In this document: one piece after another, positions 49,930 to 64,000 of the stretch
Layout of the letters: each line of letters begins with the position of its first letter
Position numbering within the stretch: position 1 is the stretch's first letter
Origin: Phoronis australis
Taxonomy: Eukaryota; Animalia; Phoronida
Length of the DNA stretch: 64,000 nt
Assembly: GCA_002633005.1 (NCBI GenBank)
Contig: NMRA01000640.1
Location: 87,277 to 151,276 of the forward strand
Direction of reading: 5' to 3'
Made by a program: the position numbers and the translations under genes
The notes under the pieces: model-generated
Told to the model about the DNA's origin: nothing
What the model saw: only the letters and a program-made list of their open reading frames with translations
Database searches by the model: none

Positions 49930-50680
49930 ACTCGTTCATAAAGTACAATATTTAATCATTCCAATTAGAATCGTCTCTCATCATCTCAACTCCATGCATC
50001 TTCAAACTCTGTTCAAGTCTTTTGTACCTCCACATCTAGATTACTGTGACATAATCTACCAATCGGCAAACGCAGGGCTGGCATAATTCTTCAATAAGAA
50101 GGACTACAACACCAAGCAGCTTTAGCCATAACAGTATGATACAAAGGATCCAACACAATGAAGGTTCTAAACAGTCTCAACTGGAGCAAACTAGCAACCC
50201 ACTGTAAACTCCACCTGTCCAAGTATACATTCGAAGTCTTAAACAACACAAACAATTATTCACATAAACAATTATTCAAACAAAATCCTCTTTGACTCCT
50301 ACAAATTAAAGACTTAACACAAGACCAGGACTGCGGCAAAGTAAGTTATACACTATACCATCTTCCATCAGCCAAGCCTTCAGGAGATCTACGACTTTAA
50401 CTCGCATTGACAACTGGAATTCCTTTCCATCCAAAATAAAATAAAGCACTTCAATCCTCACTGTTAAATTAACTTTAAACTGCATGGCACTACTCAAGAC
50501 TTGTCAGTCCCCCATTCGATGCGTGATTCCAACTTCCTCGAAACCATGACATAACCTTGTACATATCAAGATGCGGACTATTCCTAAGCAAAGACAAATT
50601 TAGACATAATTTAAACAATATTTCACCTCTGTGTTCCTGTGGAGACACTCAGACATATGCTCATATTTTCTTTGCGTGTA
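49930..50680 (+). mobile_element. Decayed non-LTR retrotransposon (CR1/L2-group) ORF2 3' fragment
   Basis: Broken frames give LQTLFKS/PPHLDYCDIIY, KVLNSLNWSKL, LCSCGDTQTYAHIFFAC. Confidence 0.7.
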
Positions 50681-51699
50681 CAGTATGCGGGGAGCAGACG
50701 GTACGGCCTTTCCAGACAGGCGAGCAATACCCCAATGTTACATCTCTTTCTGCTTGTAAGATAAAGTCGTATACATGTAAAAAGTTGATACATTATTGCA
50801 GTTTCATTTACCTATATACTGTACATTCTACATTTCGTCAAACACTTGTATCCTTTAGAGGATCTGGATCGCCTCTTTTAGTTTCAGATTTATTTTCTAC
50901 GTTATGTAAAATAACTAATTGTGTATGAAAGTGATTTATTTATGATCGTTTTCATATGTCATGTGTTCTTAACTTCAGTTTATCAATTTGTATATTTGTG
51001 TACAATAATTGTATATAATTTTTTTTGTATTTATTTAGCTTAGATACAAAGGGAATTGGCTCTTTCAAGGCCTGTATATTTATTGTACCAGGAAGAGATA
51101 ACCAGGAAGGGACAACTGTTTTAGCGCATTTTAACGTATTTTCAAAGGTGATTTCAAAAGTAAATGTTAAAGTAGTTTGGAATCCAAGTATTGTGTTTGA
51201 AAGCTTAATTCTTTAGTTATAAAATGACACCACTTTTGTCCCCAAATACTTCATATTAATGGCACTGGGATGCTTTGAACATGACTTGTTTTACCCTTCC
51301 AAAAGGTGCCTCTTCCCAGGCATGTACTCGGGCACGATCCTCTTTTTTGAACCAACAGATGTCACTAATATATGCAAATGAGGCTCGCATCGTCTACGTC
51401 ATACGACGTCATACGGCGCGAGCTTCCAATAGTGAATGACTTGAAACGCAGTTCTATCTGACTGGGCAGATCTAAGAAAATGAAGAACTCATCATGCAAG
51501 TCAATGTTCAAAGGACATTGAATGGTTTCACATGAAAATACATTTAATTGTACATGTATTTGGATACGTTTGCATGTGGGTATGCGTGGACTTCGTCATT
51601 TTGCTTAAATCCAGATTTAGAAGCAGGTGTTAGTCAAGAAATTAGCTGCTCCCGCCACGGTGGCCGGTGTCGTGGCGTCGCCGGGAAGTCTGATCCATG

Positions 51700-51962
51700 C
51701 ATGCGCAATTCGACGAACTAATGCTAGTCGCTGGTCAGCTCTGCTATGATTCATGCGCAATTCGACGAACTAATACTAGTCGCTGGTCAGCTCTGCTATG
51801 ATTCATGCGCAATTCGACGAACTAATGCTAGTCGCTGGTCAGCTCTGCTATGATTCATGCGCAATTCGACGAACTAATGCTAGTCGCTGGTCAGTTCTGC
51901 TATGATTCATGCGCAATTCGACGAACTAATGCTAGTCGCTGGTCAACTCCGCTATGATTCAT
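51700..51962. repeat. 52-bp tandem repeat x5
   Basis: Units start at 51700, 51752, 51804, 51856, 51908. Confidence 0.95.
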
Positions 51963-52977
51963 TTGAGACGTGCGGCTTAACTCGAACCTATACCCGTGTT
52001 CTGGCTCCAACGTCGTTTTTTTGACCCAGTTTCGGGAAAAGTTCATTTTAGTACGGTCAATTCCTGAAGATTTTTTGGAAAGATATGATCCCGAAATCCT
52101 TGGCCTATAGAGCTGTGTCAAAATTCCTTGTTGAAACACGGCCACTGGTCCAGCTTCTGCAGGGCGGCTAGGAAAATGAACGCGTGTCCCAAAAATGCAC
52201 ACACTTCAACCCCTCAGTGCAGTTCAAGTTCTTTTCCCGTCAATCACTGCGCGCGGATTCTACTGCATGACTACACCTTTTTTTTAACGTGGGTGCGCAA
52301 CGTGTCCAGCCTTTGCAGTGTGCACGGGAATGGCAAGCAAACGATTCCGTCTAGAAGAACCTAAATTCATTGCACAATACTGGGAACTACAAGCATCAAG
52401 GAAGTGCAAAGACAATCTTTCCAANATACGGTCATTTCCTGAAGATTTTTTGGAAAGATATGATCCCGAAATCCTTGGCCTATAGAGCTGTATCAAAATT
52501 CGTTGTTGAAACACGGCCACTGGTCCAGCTTCTGCAGGGCGGCTGGGAAAATGAACGCGTGTCCCAAAAATGCACACACTTCAAACCCTCAGTGCAGTTC
52601 AAGTTCTTTCCCCGTCAATCACTGTGCGCGGATTCTACTGCATGACTACACCTTATTTTTAACGTGGGTGCGTCACTTAGTCACAACGTGTCCAGCCTTT
52701 GCAGTGTGCACAGGAATGGCAAGCAAACGATTCGGTCTAGAAGAACCTAAATTCATTGTACAATACTGGGAACTACAAGCATCAAGAAAGTGCAAAGACA
52801 ATCTTTCCAAATTTATGAGCAATGACTTCAGTGAACTTCTTTTTTGATCTACGGTTTGTAAATTTTTGAATTTCATTAGTCTAGTTTTTAATTCAATAAA
52901 GCATTTAGAGCTGCCCGACATTCAAGAAATACCCCTGTTAGCGTTTAGGGTCCTTCTTTGCGATATGGTGGTCTGAT

Positions 52978-53245
52978 GATGGATCGAATTTTTGCCTTCA
53001 GGCTTCAACTAAGTTCAGTGACGCATCGCCATTTCTTACAAGACAGCTTCTGTGCTTTGCACGAATGTTTTGTGTTTTTGATGAATTTGGAATCTCAACT
53101 TCCCCTCATGAGATGGATCGAATTTTTGCCTTCAGGCTTCAACTAAGTTCAGTGACGCATCGCCATTTCTTACAAGACAGCTTCTGTGCCGTGCACGAAT
53201 GTTTTGTGTTTTTGATGAATTTGGAATCTCAACTTCCCCTCATGA
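52978..53245. repeat. 134-bp tandem duplication
   Basis: Units at 52978 and 53112. Confidence 0.9.
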
Positions 53246-53824
53246 GTAGTTGGTAGTGTCATGGCGGAGGTGTACAGAAGGCGCAGTACTGAAAAAAGTG
53301 AGGGCTAAAGCCCCCTCAGCCCCCCTGTAGTGCACCGCCTATGGACCACTGGAAAACTTGGACTGAATTAATACGCTCCGAAAAACTTTTGCTTCACAAA
53401 TTTTCTCGAATTTTCGAAATACATGTATGAATGATTAAGTGCACATTTTCAAGGGCACTTAGACGACCTATGCTGCAAAAACGGAGACCCTAACAACAAT
53501 TGTCCTGGCCAGGGCCCTCAAATGGTAAGCCATACACTGATACCGAGTTGTCAATGTTCTCTTGAATTTTCGCTCTGATCAGCATTCGAAGTCTTTCTTT
53601 TTTGTCTTTCCCCAGCCCCAGAACTTTGTCGGTTGCCATGGTTTGACCCTGAGGCATGCAATTTTTTTGGGGTGGCACTCGCCCTCCCCCCGCTTACTAA
53701 GGTCCTGATGCACGGAGTCCATCGTTGGTCCAAGGTCAATGTTGTGTTTCAACACGCATTCGTTGTATAGCTTGAGCATTAAATTAAAGGTTTAAGAAAT
53801 ACAGTATCAGTTTTGCGCGTTTAA

Positions 53825-55119
53825 AGGAGAAGGCAACCTTTTTCATGTCATTTTTAGCAAAAATAAGGTTCGTTGATTATCCCAGACATATTTTTCACTT
53901 ATTTACTGCTTTTCGTAATTTAATTGATTACTCGTTGTCTACTCCGGAAGTGACGTTTTGGGAGGCAAGAATTTCGCGCCAATTTCGTTTCATATAGTCT
54001 GACTGAGAGCAGTCGAGCCAGTCATTGTTCTACCTCGGTTGTGATAAGTTCGGTCGTCGTTTGCTTTTGCTTAAGAGTCAGTCAACATGCCACGCTGTTG
54101 CTGGGTACTGGGGTGTACTCATTATTGTCTCAAGTACAGAGTAAGAACTGTCCCACTTGCCTGAGTGTCCAGCGACACACTCCCACTGAAGAGTGATCTG
54201 AGCACCCAAGTTGCTTGCATCCCGCCGTGTGACTCCCTCGCCACACACCTGGCACCTTCCAAATAGCTCCAATACAAGTCCACAATAAACTTATCAAACT
54301 TAGGCTCACCGATCTTTTCATTGGATGACGAACTGTCCTCTTCACTGGGTGTCGAACTGGGCCTGTATTCACTCCCACTACTTAACATCGCTGCAGGACT
54401 GCTTACACGCTCTGGGCTCAGAGACAACAGCACAGGGCGAATCACTGCTAGTTTCCGAAATTGCACGCAATGGGGTACGTTCGGAGGCACGGGTGACAGC
54501 AGATGAAGTGCCTCCAGTCAGTGTATATAGTGGCCACAGCTCCCAAGGCTTCTCGCTTCAAAAACGCACTTCTCGGGGTTGGCGACGGGGCACTGCCGGG
54601 AATCGACAGCGACGGTATGGTACCCTTCTTAAGGCGTTGTTTTGCAGGGACCTTCATCAATTCAGCGTGCATATCTGTCATAATCTGACGGCAGAAAATG
54701 CTTGCCACACACTCGGTAACCCTCCACTGCTTTGTACGTTGCGTGGACGGGAAACTCTGCGTTCTTCACATGAACGAGCTAGCCAAGTACGCGAAGTGTG
54801 TCATCCTTCGGAAAGCGACGCAAGGTACCCAAAGCGCGTGTGAGACGTGGCATGTCGACTGACTTGTAAACAAAAGCAAACGACGACCGAACTTATCACA
54901 ACCGAGGAAGAACAATGACTCACTCGACAGCTCTCACAGTCAGACTATAATGAAAAGAAATTGGCGCGAAACTCTTGCCTCCCCAAACGTCACTTCCGGA
55001 GTAGATGACGAGAAATTAATCAAATTACGAAAAGTTGCAATTAAGTGAAAAATGTGTCTGGGATAATCAACAAACCTTATTTGTACTAAAAGTGACATGA
55101 AAAAAGGTTGCTTTCACCT
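53825..55119 (-). mobile_element. Kolobok-like DNA transposon, internally deleted, with ~245-bp TIRs and decayed THAP-transposase fragment
   Basis: TTAA flanks, AGG..CCT ends, TIRs 53825-54069 and 54871-55119; frameshifted FPKD..W..YRVCGKHF..RLKKGTIPSL and KFIV..ELFGRCQVCG..WECVAGHSGKWDS. Confidence 0.8.
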
Positions 55120-57896
55120 TTAATTGTGCGTGTAAAAGGGTTTATAGATTCGTACTGAATTTGTTGCTGCAACTTGTATCATGGGCCTGTATCCGGCACG
55201 TGACCGCAAATGTGGACACTAATTCGGCTATTGCGCAAGTCGACTGTAGCAAGATGGCCAGTGAAAATGTAAGGCAGTGACAACTCGCATTTCTAGTCTC
55301 TGATTATGAAAACCATTGAAGGCAATTACCAGCACCTGCAAACAAGAATTTGGAAGTATGGAGAATTTCAACAGGAGTTAGTTGTATACTTAGTCGCGAA
55401 GCTACCGACATTCCACCCACCGTTACTGCCGGTCCTTTGAAGCAATTATAGCACATATATACGAATTTTTAAGAATTGCACGGGTGCGTTTTGTGTTGAC
55501 GGAAATGTCCATGGCGTCAAGGAATTTGAGGCATTTAATGATGAACAACACCTAGCAAAACTAACTTCCAAGTTTGCATACTGTGACGGATAATTCTTTA
55601 TGCTAATACCGTCACGATTGACATCGTCTTGGTGTTTCACACGATTTTACGTAGAAAATTAGGCATGACATTTTTGTAGCCTGAGCAGATAAAAGGTTGA
55701 TTGGCGCAAGGCCGATGTCTTCAATGCTCAGAAAAATTTCGGCAGGCAAGAGACTTGCCAAGAAAACGACGCAGTTGAGTCCAGGCATTCTAAAGGAAGA
55801 ACTGCAGCCAATTCCAATTATTCGGTGCAACTTCTCTCCCGACAGTGTTACCGCAACCTCAAACAGCGTCAAAAGAAACGAAACGCGGAGGATGCGATAT
55901 TACAGAGTATTAATATTTATTCTTGGATACAGGTGTCCACCTCAAAATTAATTTCCCACGGCCATTCTTTATGCCAATAGCAATGTTTTCGTCAACTGAA
56001 GAACAGGAATAATGACATCCCGCACTCTCCGTCTATGGTTCTGACACTTCAAATTTTTGTCAACACGACATATAGCCGCAGAAAGTTTGATGTTGACCTC
56101 ATTCTAATCTCTGCAATCCACTGTCAGGGGACGAAAACAATTCAAAGTCCGCTCCTCGAAATAGGGCTTACTTAGCTGGAATTCAGAACTGCGGTCATTA
56201 GAGTGCTTTCACCTCCTGATTGCGAAGCGATCGAGTGGTATCTTCATCAGCGCGTGCTCTCAGTGGGAGGTCACCGCTTTATCCACTCAAGCGCTCGACC
56301 AACAACTGACGAGAGTCTCAGAACTCCCACATGCAAATTTGATATGCAAATGAGGGAGTACTTGACTACTGCGCCATCTATACATCGACTGAAAAGCTTA
56401 AATACCCGTGACTGCGTGTGGGAAGTTGCGATTGAGTGCCCTGAAGTCGATATTTTTAAAGTACAATTACACCACTGTTTAAGGTTGCAAAGTGAGTTTT
56501 TTGATACCCTTCTGTAGAAAAAGCTCTAATCTCTCTGATAATATCATCTGTTTCCTTTTAAACGAAACTTAAGTCCTGAAATTAGACCGGGGAAGGAGGC
56601 CAAAAACGGCGGTTTAGCTAGTTGTCCCTTCCTGGTTATCTCTTCCTGGTATTAGTGACATGGGTATTGATTACCATTTGCCTGTGGTGGCACAGGCAAA
56701 GGGTAATTATGACACCAAATGCAACTAAGGTTTTCCACCCAGATTTTCGAATCACCGGTCATTTAACATTGTTTATTTATATACAAATCAGTGACAAAAT
56801 GATGCACCCTTCCATTCTTCATGCTATGTCTCCACGTCTCCAGAAGTATTGCAGTGTTACTAATACAGCTATTACTATACCAAGTTCAACTCGCGTGGTT
56901 TAACAATTCTCTTGAAAATGACGGCTTCTCTTCAGGCTCTTCTTCTATAAGAAACATTCCTGCAGCTAAGTTGTTGGCGGTTAGCCATTGTGATGTTACG
57001 TAATGATTTCACAAAAAAACACTAGCAGGAAACTTGACACCCCGCAGTGCATTACTATGGGCGGCGCACCACAGGGGGCTTGGGGGGGCTATAGCCTCCC
57101 CACTTATTTCAGTGCTGCGCTTCCCATGGATTTCATGGGTGGCGCATCATAGGGAGCTGGGGGGGGGGGGGGGNNNNNNNNNNCACTTATTTCAGTACTG
57201 CGCCGCCCGTGTCAATCTTGCGATCATTCATATCTCAGACATTTCTTGGGATGAAGGCAAAATGACGTCGTGATACAGCTGCAGCAGTTGTTCGTCGTTC
57301 CCGTAGCAACAGCATCCGGAACAACTTCGTTGCTGACAAAAGGTGTTCCACAGCTCAGTGCGACCGAACATGCCAATTTCGTTAATAACGGACTGGTGGC
57401 ATAGTGTTTAATTTTACTGAATTTGTAGGACACTTTAAGCAATTGGCGACTGAAAAAAAATCCGTCTGCGGTGTAACAATTCAAAACTTGCCTCCAATTA
57501 ACGATTGAAGATATCACGTAGACAAGAGCTCATTTTTTCTTAAACGCACGGCGATACATAAGACAGCATGACAGCTATGGAGAGGAAGTTTTTAGGCGCC
57601 TTTTAGCATAATAACTCCGATTTAAATGATCAATCGCAGCCTTCAGCTCCACGCGGTCTCTCTAATCATTTACTGCTATTCTGATTGAATCGTCCAAATT
57701 GTTAATTTGGGGGCGTGTCAACACTGGCGAAATGAAATTACGTATTGATTGGATACCCTTGAAATCATACACGCAGAAAATAAATTCGCAAATGATATTG
57801 GAAGACAATGGGAGAATCGAGAAACCTGACCTTTCACACTTTAAACAACAGTGATTTACTGAACATTTCATTTAAAACTGAAGAGTTTAGAATATA

Positions 57897-58326
57897 GGGC
57901 CGGGTTGCATGAAACAGTCCCAAATAGGGACTCAACTAAGTTTCCTAAATCTTTTGCTTATTTGTGTCTTTCTTAACTCACAGATGTTTTCTTTTTCTAA
58001 CATTTCATCATTATAATGGGGTCCTCCTTGACTAATAAAATTTTCTAATCACATTATAAATGAATACTGAGTCCTGAATTCAATGAAAATAAATAAGGAC
58101 TTAGCCCTTAAGTTAGGGGAGTTGAATGAAAAGATCCCTATTTAATTTCGATAATATTGAGAATTTAAAGTCAAGCTTATTCTCGATTTATATCAAATCC
58201 AAAAGTTGACTTAGTTGTGAAATTAAAACAGCATAAGAAAGCAAACCCGTTTTTTTCACAAATAACCTGTAAATTTAGAGAACTTGGTTGAGTCCCTATT
58301 TGGGACTGTTCCACGCAACCAGGCAC
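57897..58326. mobile_element. MITE with ~50-bp imperfect TIRs
   Basis: gggccgggttgcatgaaacagtcccaaatagggactcaac.. vs ..gttgagtccctatttgggactgttccacgcaaccaggcac. Confidence 0.75.
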
Positions 58327-61300
58327 TGGTAACAAGCACGAAACATGAAACCGTGGCAACGGAATTGAATTTATTCATAATGTTAAATGCAGTTTTCTAC
58401 TGGAAACGTTTAAGTGTTAAAACATTTTTTCTCACTAGAACACTTATTACTGTGTAAGTAGAATTTATACCATGCCCTCTTGAAAATTTTTATACTCATA
58501 AATTTTCCGAGAGGAATGGATATTTTATTATGCTTTCTTGAAATAAAAGATCTCTGAAATCAACGTTTCAGCTAGTCAGGAAATCGCAACAAATAACCGG
58601 TAAAAGAGTTGCTATATTGTCAGTAAAGACATCAAAATCACATGTGGCCTGAGAAAAATAGGTGAGCACCCTCCTCAATATGAAAGGAATTTTTAAAAAA
58701 AACTCGAAAGCGCAGCTAAGGGCAAATTCTGTTAAAGCTGTCTGAAAAAGGCAACAGTTGTAAAAAAGAAGCCTTCTCGTAAACCCAACTGTTGATTCAA
58801 TCACAAAAAGAGTCCAGGACAGTGGAAGCGCCAGCTGCTGGTGACGGTGAAACCAATATGCTCATAGATTCAGCATTGCAACTGAGTAGCATGGAGTCCG
58901 GTCTTGTAGAAAATGTCAGGCCGCCAGGTTGAGAGCCTGGAATTCTTTGACAAGTTTATCGAGTAAACGTAGTTTTCGTGTTTTAAATCTGAGGATTGAC
59001 ATTAAGCCAACGTCTTTTGAGTGGCCGTATTAGTTTTGCTTTGACCCGTAAAGTTTTTACGAACGGAACCTGTATACCTGCTTGTATTTTATTCACTATA
59101 TTGTTTTTTTCTCGTTTCCATGAACGCCAAGGTCGAAGTCCGCCCTTGTCCAACAATTTTCACACAGCTATAATTGACTATAGCTTATCTTAATTTTAAA
59201 AATTTCGCCTTTTTCCGACTCGCGTGTTTTGCGACTTTGAGTTTAGTGTACATAAATCCCGACATCAGTGAGAACTGCATTCCCGAGTGGTTTTAGTCAA
59301 ATGTTAAGTGGTTCGCCTAAATGTAAAAAGCTGATGAATAATTATGTTTGTGTGTATCACAAACAATATTTTAACGGTGGTCAGCATGTGTAGGTCGTTT
59401 TGCCCAATTTGCCCGCATGGAGCCTGTTTACACAAGTTGTACAACTCTCTTGGGAAGGAACACAACAAAAATAATTCTGAGAACTCAATAATATTGTCCC
59501 GTAAGCGAATTTGGGCACATCTGGGCGCGAAATAACATTTTGCACTGGTGAGTTGCCGACGGTCACTGTGGCGATCTAGTAAAATTATGGACATTCATGT
59601 TTTTTTAGAGAAAACATTGCGTTGGCTCTTCCAATGTTCGTCCAGTACCTATTTATTGCTGGTGTGTTTACTGAACCCATGTGATTGGCGCACATCCAGT
59701 CACCAAATACATCCATAGTGTCATCAAACGGGTAAATCTGTCAACGATACGAGAAACCACCTACCTGTCAACTTTTCGCAGGAGACAGCCATAAGGAAAA
59801 CAGCAACAAGTAAAAACACACAAAGCCGATGTTCCATAGTCATTCGTTCTTGAAATACCGTTTGACGGCCGAAGAATCAGCTACTAACAAGTGGTTGTGT
59901 CCGTCCCAACATATGAACTGTTCGAACGAAAATGAGGACTTTTCTAGTGACCCTTGGTTAAAATTGGTGACCTGCCTTGTTCTCTTTCCCGTCGTGTGTC
60001 AGCGGTCGGCCCAGGAAGGCATGTGAGGAAGAGTATCTGCATCGACATTTCCGGAATATGAATACATGCTACACTGAATCTATATCACTTAACACAAATT
60101 GTCCCTACGTATAGGACCACGAGTTCAACAAATTGTGGGACCATTGCTGCAGATGGAGAAATTTCCGAGAGTGCATTTAAATTCGCCAATTTATATACTA
60201 CCTGACCGACCTTTGATCGGGCGCCACTAGAGGGGGCTCGTGCATTAGCAGCTGCCTTATTGGAAACATGCAGTTGCATATGATCAAATACTTAGCAGTC
60301 TTTTGTCTCGACTACTAGAACCAAGGCTGAGGACTTGTCCTTTTGCCATGCAACTTCTTGTTGTTTGTTGAAAACTAGTCAAAACAGCGATGAACTCGCG
60401 CTCACTGAAACACAGACTGAGTAGACTGAGAAGTGATATAATAGCAATCACTTTGGAAACGAAGTCATGGTATGGCACCAAGTAATATATGTATTATATC
60501 AAATGACTGTGCTACTAGCTACACAACACGTGTCATACTCTCTAAACAATGTACATGTGCCTGTGAAGCCCAATATTTCGTTTGGCCTGAAAACTGGAAA
60601 GCAATTTTTGATTCCGGGGGGACCACAGATAGTGGAAAAGTGGCGACAACTGTGCTTTCTGGCAGAAGTGCAATCTCCTGTCAACATGGGCACGTTCTTG
60701 ACTAAATTTGAGACCACGATCACTGCACTATCCGCAGTCCACCAATCTGAAAATTCAAACTCAGCTAAGATTTTATAAAATCTTAGGGAGTTAGCGTTAT
60801 TTGAATACTCGTGGAAAACTGGGACACATTCTCGCCCTATTTTAGAATTCACTGCGTTATTACATGTAGGTGGCTCATTCTCCACAGATGCATATTATTG
60901 TATTCCAGACTAAAAGATATTTTTCGGGTGCTTCACGAGAACTTTAAGGCGAGTATTTCGCGACTATACTTGCATGCAGCTAGCAAAATGGCGGTCTGAA
61001 ATATATGGGTCGGGGAGAATGGTTGAATTAGGGCATAAACATATTTGTTTTCGGTCCATAAGAAATGATTTATCGCTGCAGGTATGCACGAACCGCTCCC
61101 TTGTGTGTTCGCGTGGACCTAATATTGAAATGGTTTAAAAACGAACACGTGGAGCTCCAATGCCACAGCCAACGAAACAGGAGACTCCTCGCTCCATCTC
61201 ATATCAATCTCCTGGACCGCTTACGTCTGATGACTCAACAGGACGAATTCATGCGTCGTTCCAAGTCCACTTGACTGCAGTGATTTGGCACTCAAGCTGG

Positions 61301-64000
61301 CCGTCACAACCCCTCGCACTCGCAAATGATTTCTTGACGGCAGGTCGATGTTGATCGTAAACAAAGGTCACGCAAAGTTAATTAAAGGTTTTAGCATCTG
61401 TTCCTTTTTGCAAACAATTTTGTTTGTGGGCGGGTCAATACAGAGGCTCTTAACAGAAAGAAGAACACGCGAAATTACCGTCTTCATCATCGTCGTCTTC
61501 TTTACTATTAATAAAATCATGATGGGCCCCATTGTCATCGTCCTTATTACATTAATCGTCATCGTAAGATCGTTTTGATGGTTGTTTTAATAAAAAGTTA
61601 GATTTTTGTCCGAAATCGGATTCATTCCAGTTCAGAATTGAAAAAATCTGCCGTGGTATACAACAGTTACAAAAACAACTGTGTCCAAAGAAATGTCGTA
61701 GGCAAAATACCTTTTGATTTGGTCGTTTTGATGGTAGCTGATATTTTTAAAGTTTGCCAGCGATTGTTTTTAACAGTATTCATTTATTCAACTTTCATTG
61801 TGGGTAGCAGCCTTCTCGTTAGTTAAACAAGTTCATTGCCCACTACCACCCATGACTGAACAATCGCCAGGATTTTGAGTGGCGGCTTAAGTGACCAATC
61901 AGAACGCAGCATTCTTGACACACCTTCGTTTCCAAGTAGCCATTTTACCCGACGGACAACANTAGTTAAACAAGTTCATTGCCCACTACCACCCATGACT
62001 GAACAATCGCCAGGATTTTGAGTGGCGACTTAAGTAACCAATCAGAACGCAGCCTTCTTGACACACCTTCGTTTCCAAGTAGCCATTTTACCCGACGGAC
62101 AACACGTCGTCGGGTAAAACTTATTGTTTTTTGTCAACTTTTTGTAAGGCGGCGGAGCTTGCGATAGATCAATTAAACACCAACGGGCATATTGTTGAAT
62201 AGCTTCTAGTTATAGCTACGTGGGACTAATGTAGGAAACGTGACTGTTTTTGACTTGGACATTTGCTGACACTGCTGATTTATGGAAACTCTGCAAACCA
62301 TCGGAAATTGCAATTGTGTTTCTAAGACTATACTTTATGAGAAATAAGTCGATCTATTTCTTGACGAAAGATTGTTTTGTACTCTCTTCAAAGTCTTTGC
62401 TGGCGTCAATCGTGTTTTTTCTTATTGACTCCAATATTCGTTTTATTGCTTGTTGTGCCCTAAAAACTGACCTTGGGCGGATACAACGAATCTGGAACAG
62501 TTCCATTATCACAGACTAGCGATCAAGCGCAGGGTACCACTGCATTCCTAGTTCACAAAGGTGTGCTTTTGATGTGACTTAAATGTTGTTAAAGACAAAA
62601 TTCGTTTTTATTGATGGTAACGATTTTCGTTCAAAGCACTTACCTCATCAGAAATGTAGTCAAGGTACTTTTGCAAATATAATGACAACAAACAGCATAA
62701 GATAACTAAGAGGCAAATTTTAATAAAAATCCGAAGATAGACCCGAATCTATTGCCAAAGTGTAAAATGTGTACACACATGTACACAATTGCTTAATACA
62801 ATAACACAATGTGTATGTTTTATAATATGGGCCAGTGGCATTGTTACCTGAAATAAGTTGATTGGTTATAAGCTAAATCATTCTATATATTAAGCGACAT
62901 CATCGGAAAAAGATGATTTTCTGGGAAGAGCCCAGCGAAAAAGTCAATTCCAGGAACGTTCCAGGCTGCAGCCAAACGCGCTCTGCTGGCTGAGCTAAAG
63001 TCTTACTAGACAAAGGACAGATTAATTTAAACGAATGCAACTGGTACAGTCACGGGCCTTGATTTCGGCGAATATCTGGCAGACAAAGACGATAACTGGG
63101 GATTTGTAATAATATCACAAAAAACGCAGCTTATTCTTTTATTGCTCTGATTAAACTTAACATTATAAAGAAGTATATCGCATTCAAGAGTAAACCCAAG
63201 TATGCGTGCTTCGGTCGCACACACCATGACGTCCCTATCACTTTATTGAAAATAATTATTACTTTTGTAAAAAATAAATTCTGAAACGACAGCTTACCAA
63301 ATCTTTGGCGTAGGAAATATGACGTTTGGCAATTTTGTCATCCTCCTGTGTGTTGGAAACATCCCAGGCCCAATGAGTGTNCGCACACACCATGACGTCC
63401 CTATCACTTTATTGAAAATAATTATTACTTTTGTATAAAATAAATTCTGAAACGACACCTTACCAAATCTTTGCAATTCATCGAAATCTTATTTATCTTG
63501 ATATAATATGACTTATTTGATGATACAGCTGAATGAAATTGATTTTAATGGTTGTTTACAAATAAAAATATAGTCCTTGATATAACTGTAAATTTATTTG
63601 TAAATATCGGCCTCTGAAAATTGACTGTCACGTGGTAAGAAGTTCGGAGATGAATATAGATTATTACATAGCGAAGTTGTTATCCCCCGTTACGGTGACT
63701 GCTCTACAATTACACACAAAATTAAATAATTACTATTTTCAGAAAGCAAGGGTGTATATAATAAGTATAGTATAAAACTGCATCTTTATTTTTCATTCGT
63801 AGCCATAACAATTCCTTAAACGCATCACTTGTCTGCAAAACATGCAAGTTAGTTGAGACAACTTCAAACCTTTGTTACCCATTTTCAAGCCTTTTTGTTT
63901 TTGATACTTTCAGCAATTTTAAACTCCGATTACAGATTCATGGTTCTGTCAAGTATACTTCTAGTCTAAAGCTGAGGAACCGTTTCTCAGACTTTTTTTT

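Noticed and set aside
51700-51962. Regular 52-bp array resembling CRISPR
   Set aside because: Units are wholly repeated with no unique spacers; eukaryotic context and no cas genes

Overview
Animal genomic DNA, probably from a marine invertebrate (AT-rich, spliceosomal GT-AG introns, draft assembly with N gaps and side-by-side haplotype duplicates). Positions 147-46030 on the minus strand hold the 5' part of HUWE1 (HECT/UBA/WWE E3 ubiquitin ligase). I traced one probable non-coding first exon and 38 phase-consistent coding exons (5374 nt, about 1791 aa), from [10 protein letters not shown] through the armadillo-like N-terminal region, UBA, UIM and WWE. The gene runs off the left edge. The main hidden signal is that HUWE1 here appears to be a multi-snoRNA host gene. 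It carries five sense-strand C/D snoRNAs of the SNORD59/snR54 type, four distinct H/ACA snoRNAs of the SNORA8 type (plus one haplotype duplicate), and two loci of a further H/ACA-like family I cannot assign, one per intron and largely grouped by family. Introns and the upstream 18 kb also carry a presence/absence-polymorphic Harbinger-type MITE, two TTAA-flanked Kolobok-like elements (one with a decayed THAP transposase), 5-bp-TSD CA..TG MITEs, a LINE remnant, a tRNA-like SINE head and several minisatellites. Family and rRNA target assignments rest on recalled sequences, not database searches.
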